NCBI GenBank assembly: GCA_035499655.1
Contig: DATJYL010000112.1
Location: forward strand, 2,250 to 66,249
From: Pirellulales bacterium
Lineage (GTDB): Bacteria; Planctomycetota; Planctomycetia; Pirellulales; JADZDJ01
DNA: 64,000 bases
Direction of reading: 5' to 3'
The notes beneath the pieces are model-generated. The model was not told the origin of the DNA. It made no database searches and saw nothing but the letters and a program-made list of their open reading frames with translations. Position numbers and translations under genes: made by a program. This document shows, piece after piece, positions 16,532 to 25,963 of this stretch. How positions within the stretch are numbered: position 1 is the stretch's first letter; the number at the start of each line of letters is the position of its first letter.

Positions 16532-18724
16532 TCATTGTCCCAGCGAAACGCTCGGATGGTTGCTGCTGGTAACCTTGTCCGCGGCCGCCAACTTTTTGCC
16601 CAATTGCAGGTAATCCAGCGTGATGGCCAAAACTTCGTTGAAGTAAAAGTCGCGCTTCACGACCGGCCGGTTGGGATCGTCCATTTGTTCCAATTGCTTT
16701 TCCTCTTCTTCCTCCGTATTCAAAGCGGCCCGTTCTGCCAGAAATTTTTCCTCGTTCAGCGGAACGGTTTTGCGGTCTTTCTGCACCACGTAATTCTTAA
16801 TTTTTTTGTCGAGCTTTTGGAAATCTTCCGAGCCTTGGATGCGCTCGGCCGAACGCGCGCGCAACTGATCCAGCAATCCTGAATCGACCATGTTCACCTT
16901 CGTGTACTCGGCAGGAGATATTTTATCGAACGGCAACGCAAAATCCAAATCCGTCTCGCCCACGTCAAAATGCGTGGTCAGCGAAGGCAGTTCGATATCG
17001 GACACCACGCCCCGGTTCTGGGTGCTGTCGCCGTCGGGACGATAAAATTGCTGAATCGTTATTTTTAGCGCTCCCAACTGCGGCGGATTCGGCAAGTTGG
17101 CAAAAAACGGCCCGCTCACGTCCAGCAGGCTTTGCACCGTCCCTTTGCCGTGCGAGGTTTTATCCCCCACGATAATGCCCCGCCCATAATCCTGGATGGC
17201 GCCGGCAAAAATCTCGCTGGCGCTCGCGCTGAACTTGCTTTGCAGCACCACCAGCGGGCCGGCCCAGGCCACGCCCTTGTCGGTATCGTCGTAATGCTGC
17301 ACCCGGCCGTCGGAATCTTTCACCTGCACGACCGGCCCTTCGTCGATGAACAGCCCCGTCAGGCTTACCGCCTCGACCAGCGAGCCCCCGCCGTTGCGAC
17401 GCAAATCCAACACCACGGCATCCACTCCCTTGGCGTTAAAATCGTCCAGTATTTTTTGCGTATCGCGGGTCGTGCTACGGTAATCGTTCAACCCCAGTTT
17501 GGCCCCTTTCATATCCATATAAAAACTCGGCAGATCAATCACCCCGATTTTGTACGGTTGGCCATTGGGCTTGTGAACATCGGTTTCGATAATCAACGAT
17601 TTCGCCATTTCCTCGCTGCTGGGCTTCGGCTGGTTAGGATTGGGCGCCTCGGTGTGGAAAATTTCCGACCGGGCTTCCTCATCCTTCAATTCGATGCTGG
17701 CCCGGGTGATGTCGATAATGCGCGGAGTTCCGCCGGTGGCCGCTTGCACTTTCAATCGGACTACGGTGCCGGCCTTGCCGCGAATTAAATCGACCACGTC
17801 GTTCAAATCCAGGTCGGCCACGTCGACAATTTCCCCGTCCGTGCCTTGCCCCACGCCAATCACGCGGTCTTCCGGCTTCAGACGGCCGTCTTTTTCCGCA
17901 GGCCCGCCGGGAATCAATCGGCTCACTTTGGTGCAGCCTTCCTCCAATTCGAATTCCAATGCCGCGCCAATGCCCTCCAACTGCAGCCGCATGTTAATGT
18001 CGAAATTCTCGAGCGTCTTGGGAGACATGTAATCGGTATGCGGATCGAAGCTGGTCGTCAGCGCCGTCAGGTAACGTTCCAACAACTCGTCGGAGGTCGT
18101 TTGGTGCATCCGCTTGGCAAAGCTGTGATACCGCCGCTCCACTTTGTCGTGCGCTTCCTGGTCGGCCACTTTGTCCGCCTTCTTGGAAAGCAAATCGAAC
18201 TTCAATCGCTTTTGCCATTTGTCGCGTATTTCAGCGTCGTCTTTGGCGTACGTAAGCTGCTTGGGATCGGTCTTCATGTCTTCGTCGACGGTAAAATCCA
18301 TCGGCTTGGAAAGCAACTCGTCCACCAAAAGCAGCCGCTGGTCGACGCGCTGCAAAAACCGGTCGAACACCGTGTACGCGAAGCTCACGTCCCCCTTTTT
18401 AATCATGTCGCCCATCGTGTCTTCATATTTCGAAAACTCATCGACGTCGGCCTGCGTGAAATACACTTTCATCGGATCCAGCATCTTCAAATACGTGGCG
18501 AACGCCCGCTTCGACATCTCCTCGTTCAGCGGCTGCTTCGATAAGTGGTCGTCCACCAGCAGCCGTGCCACGGCCCGCGATATTTGCCGATCGTACGCTA
18601 GCGGAGTCGGTCCCTGCGTCGCCGCCCTGGCGATCCAACCGCCGGCCCACACCGTCATCCCCGCCAGCAATCCCGTAATCAGCAAACGCCGGTAATGGAC
18701 CAATCCGTATGTCGCGCGATTCAT
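16532..18724 (-). CDS. prc: Carboxy-terminal processing (tail-specific) protease, S41 family, with PDZ domain and signal peptide
   Basis: FDPHTDYMSP, GIGAAL, DLRRNGGGSL, SASASEIFAGAIQDYGRG, HGKGTVQ, STQNRGVVSDI. Confidence 0.9.
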   Translation of the reverse strand: MNRATYGLVHYRRLLITGLLAGMTVWAGGWIARAATQGPTPLAYDRQISRAVARLLVDDHLSKQPLNEEMSKRAFATYLKMLDPMKVYFTQADVDEFSKYEDTMGDMIKKGDVSFAYTVFDRFLQRVDQRLLLVDELLSKPMDFTVDEDMKTDPKQLTYAKDDAEIRDKWQKRLKFDLLSKKADKVADQEAHDKVERRYHSFAKRMHQTTSDELLERYLTALTTSFDPHTDYMSPKTLENFDINMRLQLEGIGAALEFELEEGCTKVSRLIPGGPAEKDGRLKPEDRVIGVGQGTDGEIVDVADLDLNDVVDLIRGKAGTVVRLKVQAATGGTPRIIDITRASIELKDEEARSEIFHTEAPNPNQPKPSSEEMAKSLIIETDVHKPNGQPYKIGVIDLPSFYMDMKGAKLGLNDYRSTTRDTQKILDDFNAKGVDAVVLDLRRNGGGSLVEAVSLTGLFIDEGPVVQVKDSDGRVQHYDDTDKGVAWAGPLVVLQSKFSASASEIFAGAIQDYGRGIIVGDKTSHGKGTVQSLLDVSGPFFANLPNPPQLGALKITIQQFYRPDGDSTQNRGVVSDIELPSLTTHFDVGETDLDFALPFDKISPAEYTKVNMVDSGLLDQLRARSAERIQGSEDFQKLDKKIKNYVVQKDRKTVPLNEEKFLAERAALNTEEEEEKQLEQMDDPNRPVVKRDFYFNEVLAITLDYLQLGKKLAAADKVTSSNHPSVSLGQ

Positions 18725-19178
18725 GCTCTTCTCCACGATGATATTTGGAAACTCTGGGGAAACCTTACCGCATTATAGGCAGTCCCAATCATATCGGGAC
18801 TGCGGAAGTACCGCGGGCCACACCATACTTTGGCCGGGCAAGAATCCCAGGGAAAAGCATTCTGCCGGATGGAAAAAGATGGCGGCCGGTCGCTCCCGCC
18901 AAAGCGGGAATATTCCTTTATGCTGAACCGGCCCGGAACCGCCGGCAAATTTACTAAGTGCTAAATAACTAACGACTTAAAACCGATATTACTGGCTCGT
19001 GTTCCGCGATGCAATATCGAATGCCGACTATTGTTACGCACCCTGCAACTGTTGAGATCGCTTGAAGTTTGGGCATTTTTTGGTGGGCCACTCCCAAAAT
19101 GTTCACAAGCGGGCAGCTTAGGCAGCCAGAGACTGCCTATACATAGACGCCGCCGGGATGGCCGCATCCCACTACATT

Positions 19179-20111
19179 TTATGCGGACCGCGCCATCTCT
19201 ACCACCGCCTGCGCCACCAACGGAGAAGGCCCCAAATGCGACGCGATAATCCACTCCTTTTCCATTCCCTCTTCTTCTGCCTTCTGCTTTCTGCCTTCTT
19301 CTTTCCAATCACCGACCACCGACCACTGACTCACTGCCTCTCCAATCTGTCTCAGCACTTCCCCCGTGAATAGCAAATGTGGCTGCACCACAATCCGCCG
19401 ATATTCGCTCAAGGCCGCCCGCTTCAGCGCTTCCTTCAGTGTTGGCGTGGCCACGGCCGCAAAGCAAACTTCCACGCGGTCCACGGCGGTCTCTTGCGCC
19501 CGCAACGCCGCAAACCGCTGCATAGCGGCAATGGCGTCGGCATGCGAACTGCCCCGGCCGACCAATAAATGCAGAGTTTCCGCCGCCGGAACGTGCGGCC
19601 GGTCGTGTAATGCCTCGGCAAATCGCTGGGCCGATAGTTGGACGATCCGCTCGTGGCATTCCAGCGCGCCGAGAAATTCGACCTGCAACTCTTCCCGCGA
19701 ACCATCTTCTGCCTTCTGCCCTCTGCCTTCTGCCTTCTGCTTCGCCACCTTTCCTTTCTGGCCACAGACCACGGCTCGACTGAGTTCGCCGAAGTCCGAC
19801 CACTGACCACAAAGCCCCTCTTGCACCGCCGCCGGAATATCGTGCTTGGCATGCCCGGCCGCGAACAACAACAGCGGGACTACCGTCAACCGTTCCACCC
19901 CCTGCCGCAACAATCGCTCCAAGGCCTCCGGAATGCTCGGCTCGGCCAATTCCAAAAAGCAGGATTCCACCAAAAACTCGCCGGCCAACTCCGCCACCTG
20001 CCGCGCCACGGCCCAGAACTCCGCCAAACCGTTGGAATTTTGCGTCCCGTGCCCCACTAAAAGGAGGCCTTTTTTCGCCGTTTGTATGCTCGCCGGGAAT
20101 CCCATCGACAC
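19179..20111 (-). CDS. cbiX: Sirohydrochlorin chelatase, two-domain CbiX/SirB family, with two in-frame repeat insertions
   Basis: LLLVGHG, SCFLELAEPSI, VPLLLFAAGHAKHDIP, LLVGRGSS, VQPHLLFTG, ASHLGP. Confidence 0.85.
   Translation of the reverse strand: MSMGFPASIQTAKKGLLLVGHGTQNSNGLAEFWAVARQVAELAGEFLVESCFLELAEPSIPEALERLLRQGVERLTVVPLLLFAAGHAKHDIPAAVQEGLCGQWSDFGELSRAVVCGQKGKVAKQKAEGRGQKAEDGSREELQVEFLGALECHERIVQLSAQRFAEALHDRPHVPAAETLHLLVGRGSSHADAIAAMQRFAALRAQETAVDRVEVCFAAVATPTLKEALKRAALSEYRRIVVQPHLLFTGEVLRQIGEAVSQWSVVGDWKEEGRKQKAEEEGMEKEWIIASHLGPSPLVAQAVVEMARSA
19275..19330. repeat. Eight in-register heptamers inside cbiX (CAGTGGT-type plus GCAGAAG-type on the coding strand)
   Basis: ttctgcc ttctgct ttctgcc ttcttct ttccaat caccgac caccgac cactgac; encodes SQWSVVGDWKEEGRKQKAE. 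Confidence 0.85.
19707..19810. repeat. Second heptamer-rich insertion inside cbiX
   Basis: ttctgcc ttctgcc ctctgcc ttctgcc ttctgct ... ccacagaccac ... gaccactgaccac; encodes CGQWSDFGELSRAVVCGQKGKVAKQKAEGRGQKAE. Confidence 0.85.
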
Positions 20112-20194
20112 GATAATCCTGCTATAGTAGTGGTTTGTGTGATCCCGTCAGAAATCTCGAACTGAGAATTCCCGATCTGAGAATCTTAGCCTTG

Positions 20195-20221
20195 GTCATT
20201 CGTCATTAGACATTCGTCATT
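20195..20221. repeat. Single heptamer arm (TCATTCG type) upstream of the sigma54 activator gene
   Basis: gtcattcgtcattagacattcgtcatt, 26/27 identical to the reverse complement of 6148-6174. Confidence 0.85.
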
Positions 20222-20233
20222 TTATACCCCGCC

Positions 20234-22108
20234 GTGCCTGTCGCCACCGCCCAAAAATTCGCTTACTTCACGATGACCGTCGGCGGACGCGCCGGCGAGC
20301 ATTTTTTACTCGATCGGGCTGCTACCACGCGCTTGGGGCGCGGTGAAGATTGCCAAATTGTGCTGGGCGATCCGCTCTGTTCCCGCGTGCATTCCGAGGT
20401 GCTGCTCGATGGCGAAGGCCGCTGGATCATCCGCGATGCCGGCAGCCGCAACGGCACTTTCGTCAACGGCCAAAAAACGGACGAAGCCGTCCTGGCCGAA
20501 GGGCACAACATTCGAGTCGGCTCCAACGAGTTCGAATTTCACCTGGCCGATCAACCCCCCGCCGTCGTCGCCGAGCCGCAGGAAACGTACACCAACACCA
20601 TCGTCCGCGACACTCCCGTGCGCGACGCCGGGCAATCGCTCACCGATACCGGCGTGCTGGGCTTGGCCGCCGTGCGCGATTTCGAACAAGCCAAACAACT
20701 GCTCGTCCTCTATCAACTCAGCATCAAGCTGCTCGGTTGCCCGCAACCGGACGAAGTGGTGCGCATCGCCATTGAATTGCTCCAAGCCCAAACCAGAGCC
20801 TCCATCGTGGGTTTTTTGTGGGTCGACGATGAAGGCCGCCTGAAGCCTAAGTTTGTCATCCCGGAAGGTTCGCGCGAACCCGCCGATCTCAGCGATTCGC
20901 TCACCGAATTGGTTTGCCGCAAAGGCCATGCTGTGTGGATTGCCAAGCAGCGCGGCAGCCCCCAGTCCGACAGCCTGGGCCATTACGCCGACGCGCTGTG
21001 TGTTCCACTGGTCAGCGAACATCACACCTTTGGCGCCGTCCACGCTTATTTGGCCCAAGGCCGATTTCGGCAAAGCGATTTCGATTTCGCCATTTCCCTG
21101 GCCCATATTTTGGAAATCGCGCTGGTTCGCGCCCGCCAACAAAGCGCGCTGGAAACCGATTATCAACGGCTCGTGGAAAAATCGTCGATCTTCGGCCAAC
21201 TGATCGGCGATTCGACCGGCATGCGCGAATTGAAATCGAAAATCGGCCGGCTCGCCAAGGCCAGCGGCGGCGTGTTGATCCGCGGCGAAAGCGGCTCCGG
21301 AAAAGAACTCGTCGCCCGCGCTATTCATAAAGCCAGTCCCCGGGCCGACCGCCCCATGCTGTGCGTCAACTGCGCGGCCATTCCGCACGAGCTGATGGAA
21401 AGCCAACTGTTCGGCCACAAGGCCGGCGCTTTCACCAGCGCCGACCGCGACCACATCGGCTTTTTCCAGCAGGCCGACAGCGGCACGCTGTTTCTGGACG
21501 AAGTGGGCGAAATGACGCTGGAAGGCCAGGCCAAGCTGCTGCGAATTTTAGAAGGGCATCCGTTTTTGCCCGTCGGCAGCTCGCAGGAAGTCACCGCCGA
21601 CGTGCGGATTATCGCGGCCACCAATCAGGATTTGCAAACATACGTCCGCCAGAAAAAATTCCGTGAAGATTTGTACTACCGCCTCAGCGTATTCGAGCTG
21701 GTCGTCCCGCCGCTGCGCGACCGGGGCAGCGACATCAACCTGCTGGCCAATTATTTCCTCGATCATTTCCGCCGCCAGCATGGCCGCCCGCATCTGGAAA
21801 TTTCCGCCGAGGCCCGCCAAAAGCTGCTCGCCTACAACTGGCCGGGCAACGTCCGCCAGTTGCGCAACGTGATCGATAGCGCGGTCGTCATGGCCGGCGA
21901 CAACCGGATTGAAGCCAGCGACCTGGGCCTGCACGACATCAGCGGCGCGCCGGAAATGGAAACCCTGGCCCTGGATTATTGGGAACGCCGCCTCATCGGC
22001 GAAGCCCTGAAGCGCACGGGTGGCAACGTGCCCGAAGCCGCCAAACTGCTCGGCATCGGCCGCGCCACCCTCTACCGCAAAATCGAAGAGTACGGCATTA
22101 ACCGCTGA
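20234..22108 (+). CDS. Sigma54-dependent transcriptional activator (FHA - GAF - AAA+ - Fis HTH)
   Basis: FHA LGRG..CSRVHS..DAGSRNGTFVNG; GESGSGKE; GAFTSA (GAFTGA variant); LFLDEVG; REDLYYRL; YNWPGNVRQL; AAKLLGIGRATLYRKI. Confidence 0.95.
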   Translation: MPVATAQKFAYFTMTVGGRAGEHFLLDRAATTRLGRGEDCQIVLGDPLCSRVHSEVLLDGEGRWIIRDAGSRNGTFVNGQKTDEAVLAEGHNIRVGSNEFEFHLADQPPAVVAEPQETYTNTIVRDTPVRDAGQSLTDTGVLGLAAVRDFEQAKQLLVLYQLSIKLLGCPQPDEVVRIAIELLQAQTRASIVGFLWVDDEGRLKPKFVIPEGSREPADLSDSLTELVCRKGHAVWIAKQRGSPQSDSLGHYADALCVPLVSEHHTFGAVHAYLAQGRFRQSDFDFAISLAHILEIALVRARQQSALETDYQRLVEKSSIFGQLIGDSTGMRELKSKIGRLAKASGGVLIRGESGSGKELVARAIHKASPRADRPMLCVNCAAIPHELMESQLFGHKAGAFTSADRDHIGFFQQADSGTLFLDEVGEMTLEGQAKLLRILEGHPFLPVGSSQEVTADVRIIAATNQDLQTYVRQKKFREDLYYRLSVFELVVPPLRDRGSDINLLANYFLDHFRRQHGRPHLEISAEARQKLLAYNWPGNVRQLRNVIDSAVVMAGDNRIEASDLGLHDISGAPEMETLALDYWERRLIGEALKRTGGNVPEAAKLLGIGRATLYRKIEEYGINR

Positions 22109-22249
22109 GTGCCGCGTGTTGCCATTTTCACCTATAAAGCCGCGACCGTTGGTCGCGCTGCCCGCTCGCGACATGCTTGCCATTTCTAACCGCCGTGTAG
22201 TTTCGGACGAAGATTAACCGAGTGTAGCAATTCATCGAGGGTATTCGCC

Positions 22250-22466
22250 ATGTCCAATAACGCAAAGTACGAAATCATTCTTTACTGGAGTTCTGACGAT
22301 CAGGCTTCATCGCCGAAGTACCCGAGCTACTCGGCTGTGCCGCCGACGGCACTACCATCAAGCGGCGGTTGCCAATGCCGAAACGGTAATCCAGCAGTGG
22401 ATCGAAACAGCCCGCGAACTCGGCCGTCCTATCACGGAACCGCGCGGCCGACTGATTTACGCCTAG
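22250..22466 (+). pseudogene. hicB: HicB-family antitoxin pseudogene with two single-base deletions
   Basis: Restoring one base near 22307 and one near 22357 gives MSNNAKYEIILYWSSDDQA(F)IAEVPELLGCAADGTT(Y)QAAVANAETVIQQWIETARELGRPITEPRGRLIYA*. Confidence 0.8.
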
Positions 22467-22583
22467 CCAAACTCTTTGAAAGATGTGGTTCGCCATATGC
22501 GGAAAGAAGGCGCATATCGCAGGTACAGATTATCAAGGAAGTTTTGTGCCAAGTCATAATCCATTACTCAGCCTTGAAACTTC

Positions 22584-23723
22584 CTAGTTGAATAAACTTT
22601 TTGGAAATTGAATCTTGATAACGGCCAATTTTTTGTCTGGGAACGTATTTGGTTTTCGATCAACCGATTCCGCTATTGTGACTCGTTTGCTACTCTCTAA
22701 CGACTTCAAGGCGGCTTTGAATAAATAGCACGGCGTTTCGGTCAATACGAATTCCTTGATCTGTGAGCCATCCATTGTCTGCCCGGCTAATCGGGCTGTT
22801 AGTTCTTCTGCCAACCAAGTCTGATCGAATCGTTTTTCAAGCAGCATCAACTGACTTGGATCATCACGGTCTGAAAAACGAAATTCGCCAGTTTCATCGA
22901 CTTTCCACATGGCTTTCTTCATTTCTTCGATACCGCGGAGACTTTTTGTACAAAAGAGAAGCCAGTAAAGCGGGATGTTATTGCGATCATACATGAGAAA
23001 TGACACAACGAATTTTGCGCCCCCACGATACTTCAATGCCGTTTTATAAAGTGCGAGCAGTTTTTCGCGGCGTTGTTTCTCTGGCAAACCAACGCAGTCT
23101 CGCCACTCTTCACCGCCAAAGGCTCGTGTAAATGCATCTGCTTTCGTATCGTCCGTGATCCATCGGTTCATATCCTTGTAGTCGAGATATGTGAACACTT
23201 CGCAGACCGGAAAGGCTAAAATCCGTGCGATCAGAGCCATAGATACTTCGCCGTAGCCGAATTGATCTAAGAAGGCGAGTGCAGGGCCGAATTTGATATG
23301 TTTCGCTTCACAATCGGACAACAGTGTATTAAGAATGGCATCGCAGTCGCCACACTTTGGTTCAACCGCTCTAACATTCTTAGATGTTGCAATCTGCCCT
23401 TTAAATGGCGCGAGCATTTGCTTCAAATGCTCGTAGCGATCTTCGCGACGCTCAATGAAAAGCATCCGAATTGGATTAGGAAACGATACCGTGTGGTTCA
23501 AGGCTGCATTCAACGCAATCAATGGACTCCCTGGTTCGCCGCGATTGTACTCGCCCGGTCCGGCAAAACCGTCCACAAATAGAATTTCTCGTGCTTGATC
23601 ACCAATTTTGGCAGACTGTCGAGTTAGGATTGCCATCCACCTATGAAGATATTCATGGAGAATTGCGTGTTTTACAAGAGTGTGCGGACTAGCATCCCAA
23701 ACGGTCGGTAGCGTGTCGGTCAC
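22584..23723 (-). CDS. tcmP: Three-Cys-motif partner protein TcmP-like (SAM-methyltransferase-like motifs)
   Basis: [30 protein letters not shown]; GTG 23723 overlaps the DUF5131 stop (GTGA); low GC. Confidence 0.8.
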   Translation of the reverse strand: MTDTLPTVWDASPHTLVKHAILHEYLHRWMAILTRQSAKIGDQAREILFVDGFAGPGEYNRGEPGSPLIALNAALNHTVSFPNPIRMLFIERREDRYEHLKQMLAPFKGQIATSKNVRAVEPKCGDCDAILNTLLSDCEAKHIKFGPALAFLDQFGYGEVSMALIARILAFPVCEVFTYLDYKDMNRWITDDTKADAFTRAFGGEEWRDCVGLPEKQRREKLLALYKTALKYRGGAKFVVSFLMYDRNNIPLYWLLFCTKSLRGIEEMKKAMWKVDETGEFRFSDRDDPSQLMLLEKRFDQTWLAEELTARLAGQTMDGSQIKEFVLTETPCYLFKAALKSLESSKRVTIAESVDRKPNTFPDKKLAVIKIQFPKSLFN

Positions 23724-24424
23724 GGCATTTGATCCCAAGTCTGCCCATCAAGCAGGCGGCCGGTTCGTTTCTTGTTAGTCCCGCCCCACTGCTTGAAGAA
23801 AAAAGGAACATCTTTTGAAACACATTGATCTCTAAGCTGTCGCACCCATTCAACTTTCATAGGACGCGACCCCGGACCCGATTCACCTCCGACGATTACC
23901 CAGTGTATGCCTTTTAGTGGCAACCGTTTAATTGGCCCCAACAATGGTTCCACTGATAAGAATCGAATCGCGGCAGGAATCTCGCGCAATGATCTCACGC
24001 GCCACAAATAATCCTCATTTTCAACACTTGTTCCCATCCAGACATTCTTAGGCCACGGCAAATCTGCGCTCAATTCGGCAGCGCGATCCGGCCTTTTCGT
24101 CAAGACTTGGAATGTGTGTTGGCTTGCTTCTTCCATCACACCAAAACATTGCTGGATGTATTCTAGCGGTACATCAACATGAAAGAGATCACTCATCGAA
24201 TTGACGAAAATTACACGAGGCAATTTCCATCGCAACGGCACTTCTAACGCATCGGGTTGAAGTGTTAACTTGAATGCATTTCGGTATCTGTCTTGTCCCA
24301 TCGCCTTTAGACGATGAGCCATGCGTTCTGCATAACAAAACTTGCATCCCGGACTGATTTTCGTACATCCGGTGACAGGATTCCAAGTCGCTTCGGTCCA
24401 TTCGATAGTTGATGCTTGTGCCAT
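23720..24424 (-). CDS. DUF5131 family protein (phage Gp37/Gp68-like, radical-SAM-like three-Cys motif)
   Basis: [74 protein letters not shown]; GGAGG RBS before ATG 24424. Confidence 0.92.
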   Translation of the reverse strand: MAQASTIEWTEATWNPVTGCTKISPGCKFCYAERMAHRLKAMGQDRYRNAFKLTLQPDALEVPLRWKLPRVIFVNSMSDLFHVDVPLEYIQQCFGVMEEASQHTFQVLTKRPDRAAELSADLPWPKNVWMGTSVENEDYLWRVRSLREIPAAIRFLSVEPLLGPIKRLPLKGIHWVIVGGESGPGSRPMKVEWVRQLRDQCVSKDVPFFFKQWGGTNKKRTGRLLDGQTWDQMP

Positions 24425-25017
24425 TTCAGCCCCCTCCAAGTTGGGCGGATTCGGCATACTGTACGCCAGTATATGTACATCGGTCGAAAAACGCAAGAGC
24501 ATCCACGAGCCGGGTTTCGGCCGGAAGTCCCGCCCGCGTATCAGATTCTAATCCCAATTTTAGGCCAACCCCGAAATTATCATTTCTCACTCCTGGCCCA
24601 AAAAAGCTTTGCAAATTAACGCGCTTGTTTGCTAGGGTGGTCCTATATAAATCAGCCCCGAAAGAAGCCCGGCGAAAGTAGGCAACCCAGGGCCTGGTGG
24701 TGGCCGGTCTATGCAGGCGGTAACGGACCGCCAGGCTGCAGCAGGCAATGTCGGCTCATTCCTCGTTAGCATTGATTGCTCTTTGGCAACTCGAAACTTT
24801 GCAAGCAGCAGCGAACGGATTGCCGCGCATGTGCCTAATTAGCCTTCCGCCGTTTGCCACCGTTTTCACTACCGTTTTCAACCGGTTATTGACCGTTTTT
24901 CACCGTTTTTACCGTTTTCTCCCACGAGCGCGCCTACTCCCTATTTCAATCCATCCCTCGTACAATACACCGGTACACACGCCCGTCAGTTGACCCGCTG
25001 GAAGGAGACAGCGCCCC

Positions 25018-25962
25018 ATGGCCAGAAAGGTGATTATCGACACCGATCCAGGCATTGACGACGCCGTGGCTTTGACCATGGCGCTGTTCGATCCGGAGTT
25101 GGAAGTGCTGGCCCTGACGGCGACGGGCGGGAACGTGTTTCCCAGTCAGGCCACGCGGAACGTGCAAACGATCGTGGAGCAGCTAGATCCGCCCCGCTGG
25201 CCGCGAGTCGGCGCCGCGCCGGAAGACAACCCGCTGCCCACCGACGGCCGCGTGCTCCACGGCCAAAACGGGCTGGGCAACATCGAGTTCCCCTTCGCCG
25301 GTCTGGCCAACATTCACCCGGCCGAAAAAGTCCTGTGCGACGAAGTACGGGCGGCTCCCGAGGAAATCACCATCATCTGTCTGGGGCCCCATACGAACAT
25401 CGCCCGAGCCATGCAGCGCGATCCGGAATTTTCCTCGCTTGTGGGACGGCTGGTCATCAGCGGCGGAACGATCAACACGCCGGGGCGGGTGAGCCCGGTG
25501 GCCGATTTCAACATTTATTGCGATCCGCTTTCAGCGCGCCACGTGCTGAAATCGCCCGCCACCAAAACGCTGGTGCCGCTGGACGTGAGCGGCGAGCTTG
25601 CGTTCACGTTCGATTTGCTCGATCAACTTCCCGCCGAAACGACCCGGGCCGGAAAATTTCTGCGGCAGATTTTGCCCTTTGCGTACCGTGCCCAGCGTCA
25701 AGTGTTGGGACAGGAACACGTTAACTTGCACGATGTGGCCGCCATTGTGGCCGTGACCAATCCGGAACTTTTCGAAACCGAGGCCCTGGCCGGCGACGTG
25801 GAAACGGAAGGCGAGCTGACCGGCGGCATGGTGGTGTTCGATCGCCGCCGGGCGAGCATCCGCGAGTGGCGCCAGAATATGGACGTCGCCATCAAGGCCG
25901 ATGTTGCCGCCATGCGTGATTGCGTGCTGCGCAGCCTGGAACGCGCCGGAAAAGCAAGCTGA
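25018..25962 (+). CDS. Inosine/uridine-preferring nucleoside hydrolase family protein
   Basis: IIDTDPGIDDAVAL, LGPHTNIA, ADFNIYCDP, LHDVAA. Confidence 0.92.
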   Translation: MARKVIIDTDPGIDDAVALTMALFDPELEVLALTATGGNVFPSQATRNVQTIVEQLDPPRWPRVGAAPEDNPLPTDGRVLHGQNGLGNIEFPFAGLANIHPAEKVLCDEVRAAPEEITIICLGPHTNIARAMQRDPEFSSLVGRLVISGGTINTPGRVSPVADFNIYCDPLSARHVLKSPATKTLVPLDVSGELAFTFDLLDQLPAETTRAGKFLRQILPFAYRAQRQVLGQEHVNLHDVAAIVAVTNPELFETEALAGDVETEGELTGGMVVFDRRRASIREWRQNMDVAIKADVAAMRDCVLRSLERAGKAS

Positions 25963-25963
25963 G

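Noticed and set aside
20306-21454. Long antisense ORFs (also 1481-2332, 3356-4198, 12611-13627, 13739-14440, 50795-51793 and others)
   Set aside because: They lie opposite well-supported genes, lack recognisable motifs, and are expected shadows in GC-rich coding DNA.
22110-24620. Prophage or integrative element boundaries around the low-GC islet
   Set aside because: No integrase, att-like direct repeat or tRNA target was recognised.
24680-24750. SRP (4.5S) RNA or guanidine-I/SAM riboswitch
   Set aside because: CAGG and AGCAG are present but without the intervening GNRA-capped stem of SRP helix 8; only fragments of riboswitch consensus motifs match.
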